Source: Camelus dromedarius (taxonomy: Eukaryota). From it: a DNA stretch of 64,000 bases. The stretch's first letter is position 1; each line of letters opens with the position of its first letter. The position numbers and the translations under genes were made by a program. Below the pieces are notes generated by a model, which searched no databases, had not been told where the DNA came from, and worked only from the letters and a program-made list of their open reading frames with translations. Below are positions 55,501 through 64,000 of the stretch, piece after piece. Location of the stretch: assembly GCF_036321535.1 (NCBI RefSeq), contig NC_087436.1, forward strand, positions 50,532,001-50,596,000. The letters run 5' to 3'.

Positions 55501-58500
55501 TTAAACAAATGCAAAATGTAATCATAGGGCCCCATGAGAAAGAGGCAACAGAGAAGTGAGGAGAAAGAAGAGTTATACTCACTGGGACCAACTGGCTCTT
55601 ATTGTGTTCATTCTAGAACCATCATGTTGATAAAAGGGTCATTTGGGATTCTTAGGGGCCATTCTGTACATTAGAGTTCTTGAAATCTGGACTGGAAGGC
55701 TGAGATCACCTTGGTCTTGTGATAATCATGTTCATGCTGGAATCACTCATGTGGATAAAAGAATGGGTCTGGAATTTCTAGGGGCCCCTCTATCCATCTG
55801 GGTACCACAGAACTCCGTTAGTAGGCCTATCAGGAATCCCCTTGGAGTGCCCATTTCCAGTCCTACTTGATGTGTCTCTTTTTGGAAATGCAATTTCTCT
55901 AGTGTGTCTTCAACAGAAATTAGATTTTACTCATAACCTTGGTAGCTGAAAAGCTTCTAGGCTGAGGTCAGTTTTGAAATGTACGTTGAGTGTGGTGTCA
56001 TAGAATACTTTGTCTCCATCAGCTTTGTCTTTGTGTATATTCCTTTGTTTAGGAATAAAGATACAGGATTCCGAATTATAGTGTCTGACATATTGGTACC
56101 AAAGACCATATGTTCCCTGCCTTAATTTCTCATGTCGTTAGCTCTGTGCCCACCATTGTCAGAAGCTCCTGCATATTGCCAACACTAAGAAGGTAGCTAG
56201 ACAAAGTTTGGTTTGTCCATATCCACTCTAGAGAATGGAGCAACTAAAAATAATAATTTGAAGATTATGTAACAGTATAGGAAAATGCATATCATCTAAG
56301 TGGAAAAGAAAAGCTGAAAAATCCTATATGTGTAAATTAATTGTTTGCTATGTTTAAAAAAACGTTAATGGGAAAAAATCTGGAATGAAGTATTCCAGAA
56401 CTCTAATAGTGGTTGTGTTGGTGACACTGGAACATTTTTTTCTCTTTATTTTTTAAATTTTTTTCTAATGTTAATTATAAGTTATTATAAAAACCTTTAA
56501 AAACATATATGGCCAATATGGAACGGAATGTATTTATTGGGCCTAGTGTAAGGTTATATAGTGACATTAATTTCATGCCAACAACTGTAATGTCAGTCTT
56601 TGTCTCCTTTTACCAAGGAGTTCACATTTTAGGTTACCTTTGGTTAGAACTTACTTATGGAGATACGAATTTATATAACATGATTTTTTAAAGTAGTAAA
56701 TAAAAATCAAATATTAAGAGAAAATGAATTTTGCTATTATAACATGAGATATATTTCTATCAAAATTATTTTGCCCTCTATACGTAATATAACTCCTGCT
56801 TTGGTGAGTGGTACAGCCTCTGAAAATAATGATTTGTTGGGAATAGGTAATGATTTCCAGCTTTTAAAGAAAAGAAAAAATGATAGAGTTCAGGTGGCTA
56901 ACTTTTTCTTAAAGTCAGTTTAACCCATCATACCTGAAGATAATTGTTAATTATCTGTATCTGTTCAGACAGTTCTTATCAGTGAACAGTCACAAGAGCA
57001 CAAACTGGAACCTGACCGTTGGGTTTATAGCCTGGTTATTCCTCTCTGGGTGACCTTCAGCAAGTAACTATTCTCTCTGGGATTCAGTTTCCTCATCTGT
57101 CCAATGGAGATAATAATAACCTACCTCATAAGGTTATAGTGAAGATTAAATATGTCAGTATATGAAAATTGTGCCTGGTACATGATAAGTAATACAAATG
57201 TTGACTAGTTTTATTATTAAAATTATTAACTAAAAAATTCTTTAATTCTTTTATTATTAAAATTATTAACTAAAAAATTCTTTAAACATTCTTTATGTTT
57301 ATATTTTAGATGGTTGGCATAGATAAAACACAGAATTTGGAAACCAAAATAACCCAAGCACTGATTGCAGCTGATGAGAATAATGAACTAACTGAGCAAC
57401 AGAGAAAGATATTTTCTTTAATACAAGAGAAAAATGAACTGCAGCAAATGTTAGAGAGTGTTACAGCAGAAAAGGAACAGCTGAAGACTGACCTAAGAGA
57501 AAACATTGAAATGGTAGGATTCAGCACTATATACTTAGCAATACATTTTTATCTTTGTATGTTTTAGATTTTTACAACTATACTGAGGTATAATTTCCAT
57601 GGAATAAATGTATCTGATGCAAGTGTACAGTCTGATGACTTTTGAAAAATGTCTCTACTTGTGTACCCTCCACCTCAGTCAAGACATAGAACGTTTCCAT
57701 CACCCCAAAAAATTCCCTTGCCCCAACCTATTCAATCCTAATCTCACCCTCTGCCCCATACATATAGTCACTGTCCTTATGTTTTTTTTTTCCCTTTAAT
57801 CACCTTGTCTCTTCTAGAACTTCATACAAATAGAATCACACAGCATACATTCTTTTGTGTCTTCTTTCTGCTCTCCTGCTTATTGCTGGGTAGTAATCCA
57901 TTGTATGAATAGGCCACAATTTGTTTAGACTTTCTCCTATTGGTGAAAATCTGAGTTATCTCCATATTTGGCTATTTTATAAAGCTGCTGGAAATATTCA
58001 TATAAAATCTTCTTATGAGTGTATGTTTTTTAATTTCTCTAGGGTAAATATCTAAATGGAATAGCTGGGTCATAAGGAGGTTATATTTAACTTGATGAAA
58101 ATTTATTAAACAGATTTCCAAAGTAGTTATACCATTTTACATTCCCATCAGCAAATTAAGAGAATTCTGGTGGCTCCACATCCTCACCAACACTTCATGT
58201 TATTGGTGTTTTTAATTTTAGCCATTCTATTAGGTGTGTACCTCATTGTTTTAATTTGCCTTTCCCTAATGACTAAAGATATTGAGCATCTTTCCATGCT
58301 TCTTCATTGTGTATCTTTCTATAAATTATGTGTTCTTCTCAGTGATGTGTTATAGACTTTAGAGTACAAGTCTTTTCCATATTGTGTTGAATTTGTTCCT
58401 AAATATCTCTCTTTTATTTATGCTGTTGTAATTTTTTAAATTTCATTTTTAATTGTCTGTTGTTAAGTTTGCCAATATTTTCAAACCTACTTTAGTTTTT

Positions 58501-61500
58501 GTTTTTAAGTTTAGGGACAGTATAATGTGTATAGATTGAAATTAGTATTTTGAGAAGTTTGCTGTGGATCTCAGTAGAACCTGACCTTTTGTATAATTTT
58601 CCATGTTTATTGGGATTGTTTTCTATTTGATCAAAATTGCTGAATGTAAATAAGAATACAGACAAAAGTCATAATGTCTTCTCAGTCTCTGGCATGTAAT
58701 ATTTTTGTGGTCTTGATACTTGAGAATGTCACTGTTTAAGCTTAACAACTAGAAATACCCCACCTCATGCTAGCAAAAGATGCTGCCATTTTGAGCTTAC
58801 TATTAATCAGTAGACAAAACCAAAGCCATTCCAGCATATGAAAAGCTCATAACCATATATATACAGAGAGAGAGAAAAAGAGAGTCACCTTCAGTCAACA
58901 AAAGCTTAGAAAGTCTGTTTTGTCTTAGGGGTAGAAAATGAGCAAACCCCTCATGATAGAATGCTGAATCCAGTTCTAATTCTTCTGATAGGAATGTAAG
59001 GTGAGCAATAAAGAAACAGCATAAAAAAGCAGATTCCTGGCATTTACACAGTTAAATTAAAGACTCTTTTTTTAAGTAGTGTTTTCCAATATAGCTTGCC
59101 ATGAGTTCCTTTTCAGGCTGAAGTAAATGCTTATTTTTACCTGATTTCATAAATGTAAGCTAGTATTATTCATTTTAATCTCAACTTTTTAAAAATTCTA
59201 GACCATTGAAAACCAAGAAGAATTAAGAATTCTTGGAGATGAACTTAAAAAGCAACAAGAGAGAGTTACACAAGAAAAGAACCATGCCATAAAGAAAGAA
59301 GAAGAGCTTTTTAGGACGTGTGAGAAACTGGCAGAAGTTGAAGAAAAGCTAAAGGAAAAGGTGACTTTTTAAAGTTATCTTCTTGGTCATTTTTCCTGAC
59401 TTAACTTTGTGTGGGGGTGGAGCTGGGGGAGGTTTACAGATTTGACTCCAGTAGATGTGAATTCCAGAAATAACACATACCTCTCAAATGAACAGATCTT
59501 AATGCTAATAGTTGGAACAACTTCAACTCCTACTGAGATGTTAACTAACATCCTTTGTGAAGATTATATTATTCTAATCTTTACGTGAGAGACAGAGCCT
59601 TCATTCATCTGAACTAATCATTTGATATATTCATTCAAGTTTATATTGAGCACTGCCATGGGCCAGGCATTGTTCTGGGCTCTTGAGATACGTTAGTCAA
59701 CAAAACAAAGAGCCTGCTCTTATAGAAATATATCAGTCATTCTCTAAAATGTAAGATTTATCACTACAGTCAGCCCTCCATATCTGCAGTTTCTGCATCT
59801 GTGGATTCAATCAACCACAGATCAAAAATATTCAGAGGAAAAAAAAATTCGTAAAGTTCCAAAAGTGAAACTTGAATTTGCCAAGCACCAGCAACTATTT
59901 ACATAACATTTACATAGTATTTACAACTATTTACGTAGTATTTGCATTGTATCCGGTATTACAAGTAATCTAGAGATGAGTTAGAGTATAAGGGAGGGTG
60001 TTTGTAGTTTATACGCCAATACAGTGTCATTTTCTATTAAGGACTTGAGCATCCTCAGATTTTGGTATCCACAGGGGTCCTGGACTCAATCCCCTGTGGA
60101 TACCAAAGGGTTATTGTATTACCATCTCTTAGATGTTTGCAGTAAGGGCTGTTGTAATATTTGTAGAAGAGCTAAGACTCTTGTAACAATTGTACTTCCC
60201 AAGTAATTCTAAAATGCACCCATTGTGATCTTTCTGTATATTCTAGGAGCAGTGCCACATGCATTATAGGTGATACATTGCAATTTCCATTGTGCTTCTG
60301 TATTTTTTTCCTAACATGTATTCTCTTAATTCTCATCCCTTTTACTATAACTTAACTGAATATAGTAAAACCTTATGTCTATTTCATATTCCTCCTAAAG
60401 AAGTGAAATCAATAAGCTTACGTAGAAGTTAATGCCTCGTTGTTTCTTTGAGCCACCCCGTATGGACCTTATTGGAAATGGAAATAAATTTTCCAAATTT
60501 TTAAGAGAAAAAGAATTACAGTTATTTGGCAGCTATATCTGTATATTTAATTCATCTCTTTCCTTTTTTGATTTTTCTCACTTTCACTTTACCTCCTTGA
60601 TTAACCTAGTGGGACTATCTTAGTTTCCTAAGGTTTCTGTATCAAATTACCATAAACTTGACGGCTTAAAACAACAGAAATTTATTCTTTCACAGTCCTG
60701 GATCCTAGAAGTCCAAAATCAAGGTGTTGGCAGAACCGAGCTCCCCCTGCAGGCTCTAGGGAAGAATCCTTTCTTGCCTCTTGCTGTCCTTGACTCCCTG
60801 CTGTCCTTGGTGGCCCTTCGCTAATAACTGCATCTCTCCAGTCTCTGCCTCCATCTTCATATGACTTTCTCTGTGTCTCTCTGTCCTTTTCTGTCTCTTA
60901 TAAGGATGGTCTCATTGGATTTAGGCCCCACCTTAGTCCAAGAATACTCCTTCTCAAACCTTAACTTATTACATCTGCAAAAATCCTGTTTTCAAAAAGG
61001 TTACATTCTGAGGGTCTGGGTAGACATGAATTTGGGGTAGGACCCAATATAGACACTATGCCTAGAAAGTTACTTTACATTTAATGCTACTTATTTGTTT
61101 ATATTGGGGTGTAGACAGGGCTATGATGATGATTATTTCAGTTCCACAAATACATTTTACACAAGAATTTTAAGAGAGTATAGACAAAATGCTAATTATA
61201 AAAACTATTCCTTAAGAACCAACAACTCCAAGAAAAACAGCAGCAACTTCTTAGTGTACGAGAAGAAATGAGTGAGATGCAGAAAAAGATGAGTGAAGTG
61301 GAAAATTTAAAGAACGAATTAAAGAACCAAGAATTATCATTGGAATGTATAAAAATTGAGAAGCTAGAGTTGGCTCAGCAACTTCATGAAAATTATGAGG
61401 AAATGAAATTCATAACCAAGGAAAGAGACAATCTAAAGGAATTACAGGAGTCATTTGAAACAGAGAGAAGTAAACTTAAAGGATACATAAGAGAAATTGA

Positions 61501-62976
61501 AGTTACAGTAAGTCATACCCTTTTCTTTCATCTATTAAATGTTTTCTTAAAATCTGAGTCAATTGAAAAAGGGTAGGCAATGTTGGGATGATGTTATTAT
61601 AATTATTTTTTAAATTTCACTTGCTAATAAAGGGTCTAGAAACAAGAGAAGAACTAAAAATGGCCCACATGCATCTAAAAGAGCACCAAGAAACTATTGA
61701 AGAACTAAGAAGAAACATTTCTGAGAAGACAGCTCAAATAATAAGTATTCAAAAGAACTTAGAAAAAGCAAATACTGAATTACAAGAAAAGGTTTGTATT
61801 TTCTTCCTTCCCTCCTTGTCCCTTCTTCCTTTCTTTCTCCTTGAAGGAATGATAAGCATTAGACAGTGACTGAGTTATTTATTGTATAGTAGTTGTTGAG
61901 TGTCTAACATGGGAGATACAGTCCTGGGTTATAGAAATAAAATGGGAACAAGGTGGACAAAATCTCTGTGATCACAGAACTTACTTTGCAGTGGAAAGAA
62001 GTAATCAATGAATAAGCAGTCAAATGAACAAGATAATTTGAGATAATGGCAAATGCCATGGAGAAAATGAAGCACTGGGGTAACCGGACCAACCTGTGTT
62101 AAAAGCCTACTATGTGCCAGGCATTGAGACTGTGGCTATGAATAAGACATTGTTCTTTTTCCCCAATATAGGCATATAAAAAATCCCTCAATTCCAGTAT
62201 GATAAATGTAGAAATATGATATGCAAAGTTAGATGGTACCACTAGTGGTCATGGGAAAGGGGGATCAATCTGTACCCATAAAAAATATATGAAGTAACAT
62301 TAGCATTCATCTGAGAATGGGGGCCATTCATTTATTGGGATATAATCTGCTCAACTCTGAAATTTCTCCTGCATTTGGGAACTAGTATAGAAATAAAGTA
62401 TGCAACTGACTGGATTAATAATTTGTTGGTAAATGTAAGGATTAGTTCACTTTGGATATAAGCTGGAGAAAAAGAAAATTATGACAGAATGTGACTAGCA
62501 GAAAAGTCATGAATAGCTTTAGTAGGAATCAAGTGAAAATGAATAAATAGGAATTTGTACTCCATGGTAGACCGTGAGGGTTCAAGGTCACTTTCATTGC
62601 TATGGAAAGTAGTCTCACCTTTTCCCTTTAAAAAATTATGATAACACTCTATATAGTAACCTTGGTATTTTATGAATATCACAAGATCCCAGTGCTTCAT
62701 GAGGAACAGGAGCTACTTCCTAATGTGAAAGAAGTCAGTGATACTCAGGAAACAGTGGATCAACTGGAGCTATTGAAAGGACAGTCCAAAGCCAAGGACT
62801 CAGCAACACTGGCAGATATAGAAATGGAAAGGCTCAGGTTGACTGAGAACCTTCAAGACAGTCTTGAAGAAATAAAATCTCTAACTAAGGAAAGAGACAA
62901 CCTTAAAATGACAAACGAAGCACTTCAAGTTGAACGTGACGAGCTAAAAGAAGAGATTAAAGAAACTTTGGCTAAA
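25228..62976 (+). CDS. CENPE: Centromere protein E (kinesin-7), coding exons 1-29; partial, continues beyond the window
   Basis: 29 GT-AG exons splice into one open frame of 4134 nt starting [19 protein letters not shown]; kinesin P-loop GQTASGKT, switch I NQRSSRSH, switch II DLAGSE, then RRVTW and a long coiled coil. Confidence 0.98.
26124..26302 (+). mobile_element. Short L1 3' end in intron 1
   Basis: L1 3'UTR; diverged TSD aagaaactattac / aagaaaccattgc. Confidence 0.75.
26965..27056 (+). CDS. CENPE: CENPE exon 2
   Basis: ttttag| [30 protein letters not shown] |gtaagt. Confidence 0.95.
27476..27565 (-). mobile_element. tRNA-Ala-derived SINE (Vic-1 type)
   Basis: Reverse complement gives a tRNA-like head (tggtagagcatatgcttagcatgtatgaggtcctgggttcaatccc) with an A/AT tail. 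Confidence 0.8.
27919..28120 (-). mobile_element. MIR
   Basis: tgtgccagacactgttctaagcactt...gaggaactgaagcaga...gtcacacagc. Confidence 0.7.
28900..29075 (-). mobile_element. MIR
   Basis: ccattttacagattaagtcactgaggcacagaga...ccaaagtcacacaacttgtaagtggcagaaccaggatt. Confidence 0.75.
29302..29391 (+). CDS. CENPE: CENPE exon 3
   Basis: tttag| [30 protein letters not shown] |gtgtgt. Confidence 0.95.
29508..29626 (+). CDS. CENPE: CENPE exon 4 (P-loop)
   Basis: tgcag| [40 protein letters not shown] |gtaaat. Confidence 0.97.
30260..30638 (+). mobile_element. L1 3' end in intron 4
   Basis: cacttatatgtggaacct...gtacagcataggg-like motif, A-rich tail, diverged TSD-like flanks. Confidence 0.8.
30753..30872 (+). 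CDS. CENPE: CENPE exon 5
   Basis: tctag| [40 protein letters not shown] |gtgagt. Confidence 0.96.
31313..31394 (+). CDS. CENPE: CENPE exon 6
   Basis: ttcag| [27 protein letters not shown] |gtaaga. Confidence 0.95.
31409..31484. repeat. (TTTC)19 microsatellite, tail of the adjacent SINE
   Basis: Read directly from the sequence. Confidence 0.95.
31485..31600 (-). mobile_element. tRNA-Ala-derived SINE (Vic-1 type)
   Basis: tggaggtactggggattgaac...catgctgggcatacactctatcactgagcta; same family as 46262. Confidence 0.8.
31750..31817 (+). CDS. CENPE: CENPE exon 7 (switch I)
   Basis: tacag| [23 protein letters not shown] |gtaggt. Confidence 0.96.
31895..31960 (+). CDS. CENPE: CENPE exon 8
   Basis: tctag| [22 protein letters not shown] |gtgagt; follows a 77-nt intron. 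Confidence 0.95.
32659..32712. repeat. Perfect 27-bp tandem duplication
   Basis: TATGATTTAAGATTACTCTATTTGATT x2. Confidence 0.95.
34135..34915 (+). mobile_element. L2 3' portion
   Basis: tagaatataagctctctgagggcagggacc...ttcactcctgtattcctagcacctaacatactgcctggaacata. Confidence 0.8.
35494..35545 (+). CDS. CENPE: CENPE exon 9 (switch II)
   Basis: tacag| [17 protein letters not shown] |gtaatg. Confidence 0.97.
35790..36680 (+). mobile_element. Old L1ME-like fragments with an MLT1-like LTR end (about 36110-36250)
   Basis: ggggtacaaaattaatataca; atatagccatacaatgaaattct; gaaataaatgcttattgttttaa...gttacagcaatagat. Confidence 0.6.
36054..36097. repeat. Perfect 22-bp tandem duplication
   Basis: TAGATGGGAAGGTACAAAATCA x2. 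Confidence 0.95.
37082..37169 (+). CDS. CENPE: CENPE exon 10
   Basis: tgcag| [30 protein letters not shown] |gtaagt. Confidence 0.96.
37508..37637 (+). CDS. CENPE: CENPE exon 11
   Basis: ctcag| [43 protein letters not shown] |gtaagt. Confidence 0.97.
38578..38697 (+). CDS. CENPE: CENPE exon 12 (end of motor, neck)
   Basis: cccag| [40 protein letters not shown] |gtatgt. Confidence 0.96.
39575..39733 (+). CDS. CENPE: CENPE exon 13
   Basis: tgtag| [53 protein letters not shown] |gtaaga. Confidence 0.95.
39960..40425 (-). mobile_element. L1 ORF2 fragment in intron 13
   Basis: Minus-strand ORF 40110..40316 contains [11 protein letters not shown], an L1 ORF2p-like motif. Confidence 0.85.
40685..40915 (+). 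mobile_element. MIR
   Basis: tgaccttaggcaatttct...cagtttccttatctg...agggttgttgtgagaattaagtga. Confidence 0.7.
41000..41900 (-). mobile_element. L2 fragments
   Basis: Purine-rich antisense L2 motifs (ttagaattgcattttagaaagg; aggtctgaagtggagatatcagtttggg). Confidence 0.6.
43675..43819 (+). CDS. CENPE: CENPE exon 14 (Aurora T422 / PP1 RVTW motif)
   Basis: tttag| [48 protein letters not shown] |gtgagt. Confidence 0.95.
44493..44581 (+). CDS. CENPE: CENPE exon 15
   Basis: tatag| [30 protein letters not shown] |gtaact. Confidence 0.93.
45912..46079 (+). CDS. CENPE: CENPE exon 16
   Basis: aatag| [56 protein letters not shown] |gtaaaa. Confidence 0.94.
46262..46414 (+). mobile_element. tRNA-Ala-derived SINE (Vic-1 type) with 16-bp TSD
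   Basis: A box TAGCTCAGTGG, B-box-like GGTTCTATCCC, A-rich tail; TSD AAAAATAGTTAAATCA at 46246-61 and 46415-30. Confidence 0.9.
48790..49056. mobile_element. MER33-like hAT-Charlie element
   Basis: cacatgtggcaattgagcacttcaaatg...tattgattacatg...tttggatatattaggttaaataaa...ggctcacattatatttctatt. Confidence 0.75.
49463..49499. repeat. (AT)18 microsatellite
   Basis: Read directly from the sequence. Confidence 0.95.
50067..50141 (+). CDS. CENPE: CENPE exon 17 (75 nt, phase 0-0)
   Basis: tacag| [25 protein letters not shown] |gtgagc. Confidence 0.93.
50362..50481 (+). CDS. CENPE: CENPE exon 18
   Basis: tttag| [40 protein letters not shown] |gtaaaa. Confidence 0.93.
51950..52072 (+). CDS. CENPE: CENPE exon 19
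   Basis: tatag| [41 protein letters not shown] |gtaaat. Confidence 0.94.
52157..52322 (+). CDS. CENPE: CENPE exon 20
   Basis: aatag| [55 protein letters not shown] |gtattt. Confidence 0.94.
52700..52854 (+). CDS. CENPE: CENPE exon 21
   Basis: cctag| [52 protein letters not shown] |gtaaac. Confidence 0.94.
53340..53654 (+). CDS. CENPE: CENPE exon 22
   Basis: catag| [30 protein letters not shown]...SLGDLKTE |gttggt; overlaps ORF 53391..53675. Confidence 0.92.
53766..54038 (+). CDS. CENPE: CENPE exon 23 (long exon of stalk module 1)
   Basis: tacag| [11 protein letters not shown]...[15 protein letters not shown] |gtaaga. Confidence 0.93.
54191..54349 (+). CDS. CENPE: CENPE exon 24 (159-nt exon, module 1)
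   Basis: cgaag| [53 protein letters not shown] |gtaaag. Confidence 0.9.
54975..55240 (-). mobile_element. L1 fragment, preceded by a short MLT-like stub at 54926-54970
   Basis: ctggatattaaccctttatcag...tttgcaaatattttct...tttgatgcacagaagtttt. Confidence 0.8.
56990..57215 (+). mobile_element. MIR
   Basis: tcagtttcctcatctgtccaatggagataataataacctacctcataaggtt. Confidence 0.8.
57209..57285. repeat. 37-bp direct duplication (period 40) just upstream of exon 25
   Basis: TTTTATTATTAAAATTATTAACTAAAAAATTCTTTAA at 57209-45 and 57249-85. Confidence 0.95.
57310..57513 (+). CDS. CENPE: CENPE exon 25 (long exon, module 2)
   Basis: tttag| [13 protein letters not shown]...[15 protein letters not shown] |gtagga. 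Confidence 0.93.
57565..58320 (-). mobile_element. Old L1M 3' end in intron 25
   Basis: ccattttacattcccatcagcaa...ttttaatttgcctttccctaatgactaaagatattgagcatct. Confidence 0.8.
59202..59360 (+). CDS. CENPE: CENPE exon 26 (159-nt exon, module 2)
   Basis: tctag| [53 protein letters not shown] |gtgact. Confidence 0.93.
59767..60116. mobile_element. MER2-like TcMar-Tigger MITE
   Basis: TA flanks on both sides; diverged TIRs CAGTCAGCCCTCCATATC...GATACCAAAGGGTTATTG. Confidence 0.8.
60616..61060 (-). mobile_element. MLT1 (MaLR) LTR
   Basis: ggcttaaaacaacagaaatttattctttcacagtcctgga...ttacatctgcaaaaatcctgttttcaaaaaggttacattctgagg. Confidence 0.85.
61217..61507 (+). CDS. CENPE: CENPE exon 27 (291-nt exon, module 3)
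   Basis: ttaag| [24 protein letters not shown]...[10 protein letters not shown] |gtaagt. Confidence 0.9.
61633..61791 (+). CDS. CENPE: CENPE exon 28 (159-nt exon, module 3)
   Basis: taaag| [53 protein letters not shown] |gtttgt. Confidence 0.9.
62686..62976 (+). CDS. CENPE: CENPE exon 29 (291-nt exon, module 4)
   Basis: acaag| [21 protein letters not shown]...[15 protein letters not shown] |gtaagt. Confidence 0.9.
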
Positions 62977-63099
62977 GTAAGTTTCATCCTTTCCTCCCAT
63001 TAAATAAGTGTTTTATAAATATCAAGTCTTTGGGAAAGGGGGCATTTGTAGTTATAATGTTATTACCAATTTTCTTTAAGCATCTCTTAAATTATTAAG

Positions 63100-63226
63100 T
63101 GACTGAAAACAGAAATAACTAAAAATTGCTCATAAATAATAAGAAACTATTGAAACAGAGGAAATGTGTCAGGGAAGAGACTATTCCAAATGATTTAGAA
63201 AAAGCCGTGCCAAATTACAGGAAAGG
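63100..63226 (+). pseudogene. Degenerate pseudo-exon, paralogue of CENPE exon 28 (lost 159-nt exon of module 4)
   Basis: Colinear blocks shared with exon 28 (AACTAAAAAT, AAGAAACTATTGAA, TTAGAAAAAGC, AATTACARGAAARG); about 32 nt shorter, begins with TGA, donor position reads AT instead of GT. Confidence 0.8.
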
Positions 63227-63299
63227 ATAAAGCCAAAAATGCTATTTTCTTTCCTTCTTTAAACCTGTTTCTCCAGCATTTCATGAGGTATTACTATCT

Positions 63300-64000
63300 T
63301 CCTCATTGATCCAGTCAGAAATCCAGAATCATCCCTACTACTGTCCCTTCCACCCTACTCACTCTGTAATCCAAGTACCAAACCTTGTTGATTTTAAGGG
63401 AGGTGTGTATATGTGTGTAAAATCCTTCCACTCTTCTCTCCACATAGCTGATGGCCTAATCCAAGCCATGATTATTTCTTTCCCTGAATTTCTGCATTAG
63501 CCACCTATCTGGTCTCCCCATTCATTTCATACTTCTCTAATTCATTCTCCAAACTGAGCCCAAGGGATCTTTTCTTCTTAAAACCCTTTAATAGCTTATT
63601 GTTACTCTTGAAATAAAGACCAGCATCCTTCACACAGTCTATGAGACCCTGGATCCCAGACCCTGCTGATCTCTAGCCCTATTTCATCTCACTCTTTCTC
63701 CTGCTCATTGTGCTTCAACAGCTCTAGTCTATTGCTCTTTCTCACCTCATGGCTTCCAGATATTCTAGTCTTCCTTGTTGTATTTCTATACCCCTCTTTG
63801 CCTAACTAGTGCTCACAGCCTTCAGATCTCAACTGAAGCTTTCCTTCCCCCAGAAAGCCCTTCCTAACCACTCACAGTAAGTTAGATTTGCCACTGGTAC
63901 CCTGAAAGAACCCAGCTCCTCTGTTTGGTAAGATTTGGTATAATATCTGTCTTTTCCCCTAAAGTATGTAAGTCTCAAAAAAACAGATCATGTAAAGTCT
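63300..64000 (+). mobile_element. L2 fragments
   Basis: ccaagccatgattatttcttt...cttaaaaccctttaatagctt...gccttcagatctcaactg...cagaaagcccttcctaacc. Confidence 0.6.

Noticed and set aside
51892..57527. Minus-strand ORFs overlapping CENPE exons 19, 21, 22 and 25
   Set aside because: Antisense shadows of the coding exons, not independent genes

Overview
Mammalian genomic DNA, most likely a camelid, judged from three tRNA-Ala-derived Vic-1-type SINEs. About 25 kb of repeat-rich intergenic sequence is followed by the CpG-island promoter and first 29 coding exons (+ strand, 25228-62976, 4134 nt, 1378 codons, no in-frame stop) of CENPE, the kinetochore kinesin-7; the gene continues past the window end. 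Exons 1-12 encode the motor domain, exon 14 the Aurora/PP1 site (RRVT422W), and later exons the coiled-coil stalk. Most notable: (1) the stalk is built from a tandemly duplicated phase-0 'long exon + 159-nt exon' module, and a dead copy of the 159-nt exon with its homologous upstream intron lies at about 63100-63226; (2) four of the module exons use rare AAG acceptors; (3) a MER41-like LTR is nested in a second MER41-like LTR inside an L2, both with perfect TSDs, and the outer one keeps an intact STAT GAS motif about 4 kb upstream of CENPE; (4) an old ~300-bp direct duplication with a shared palindrome brackets that nest. Repeat family names come from recalled consensus sequences and old-repeat boundaries are approximate.
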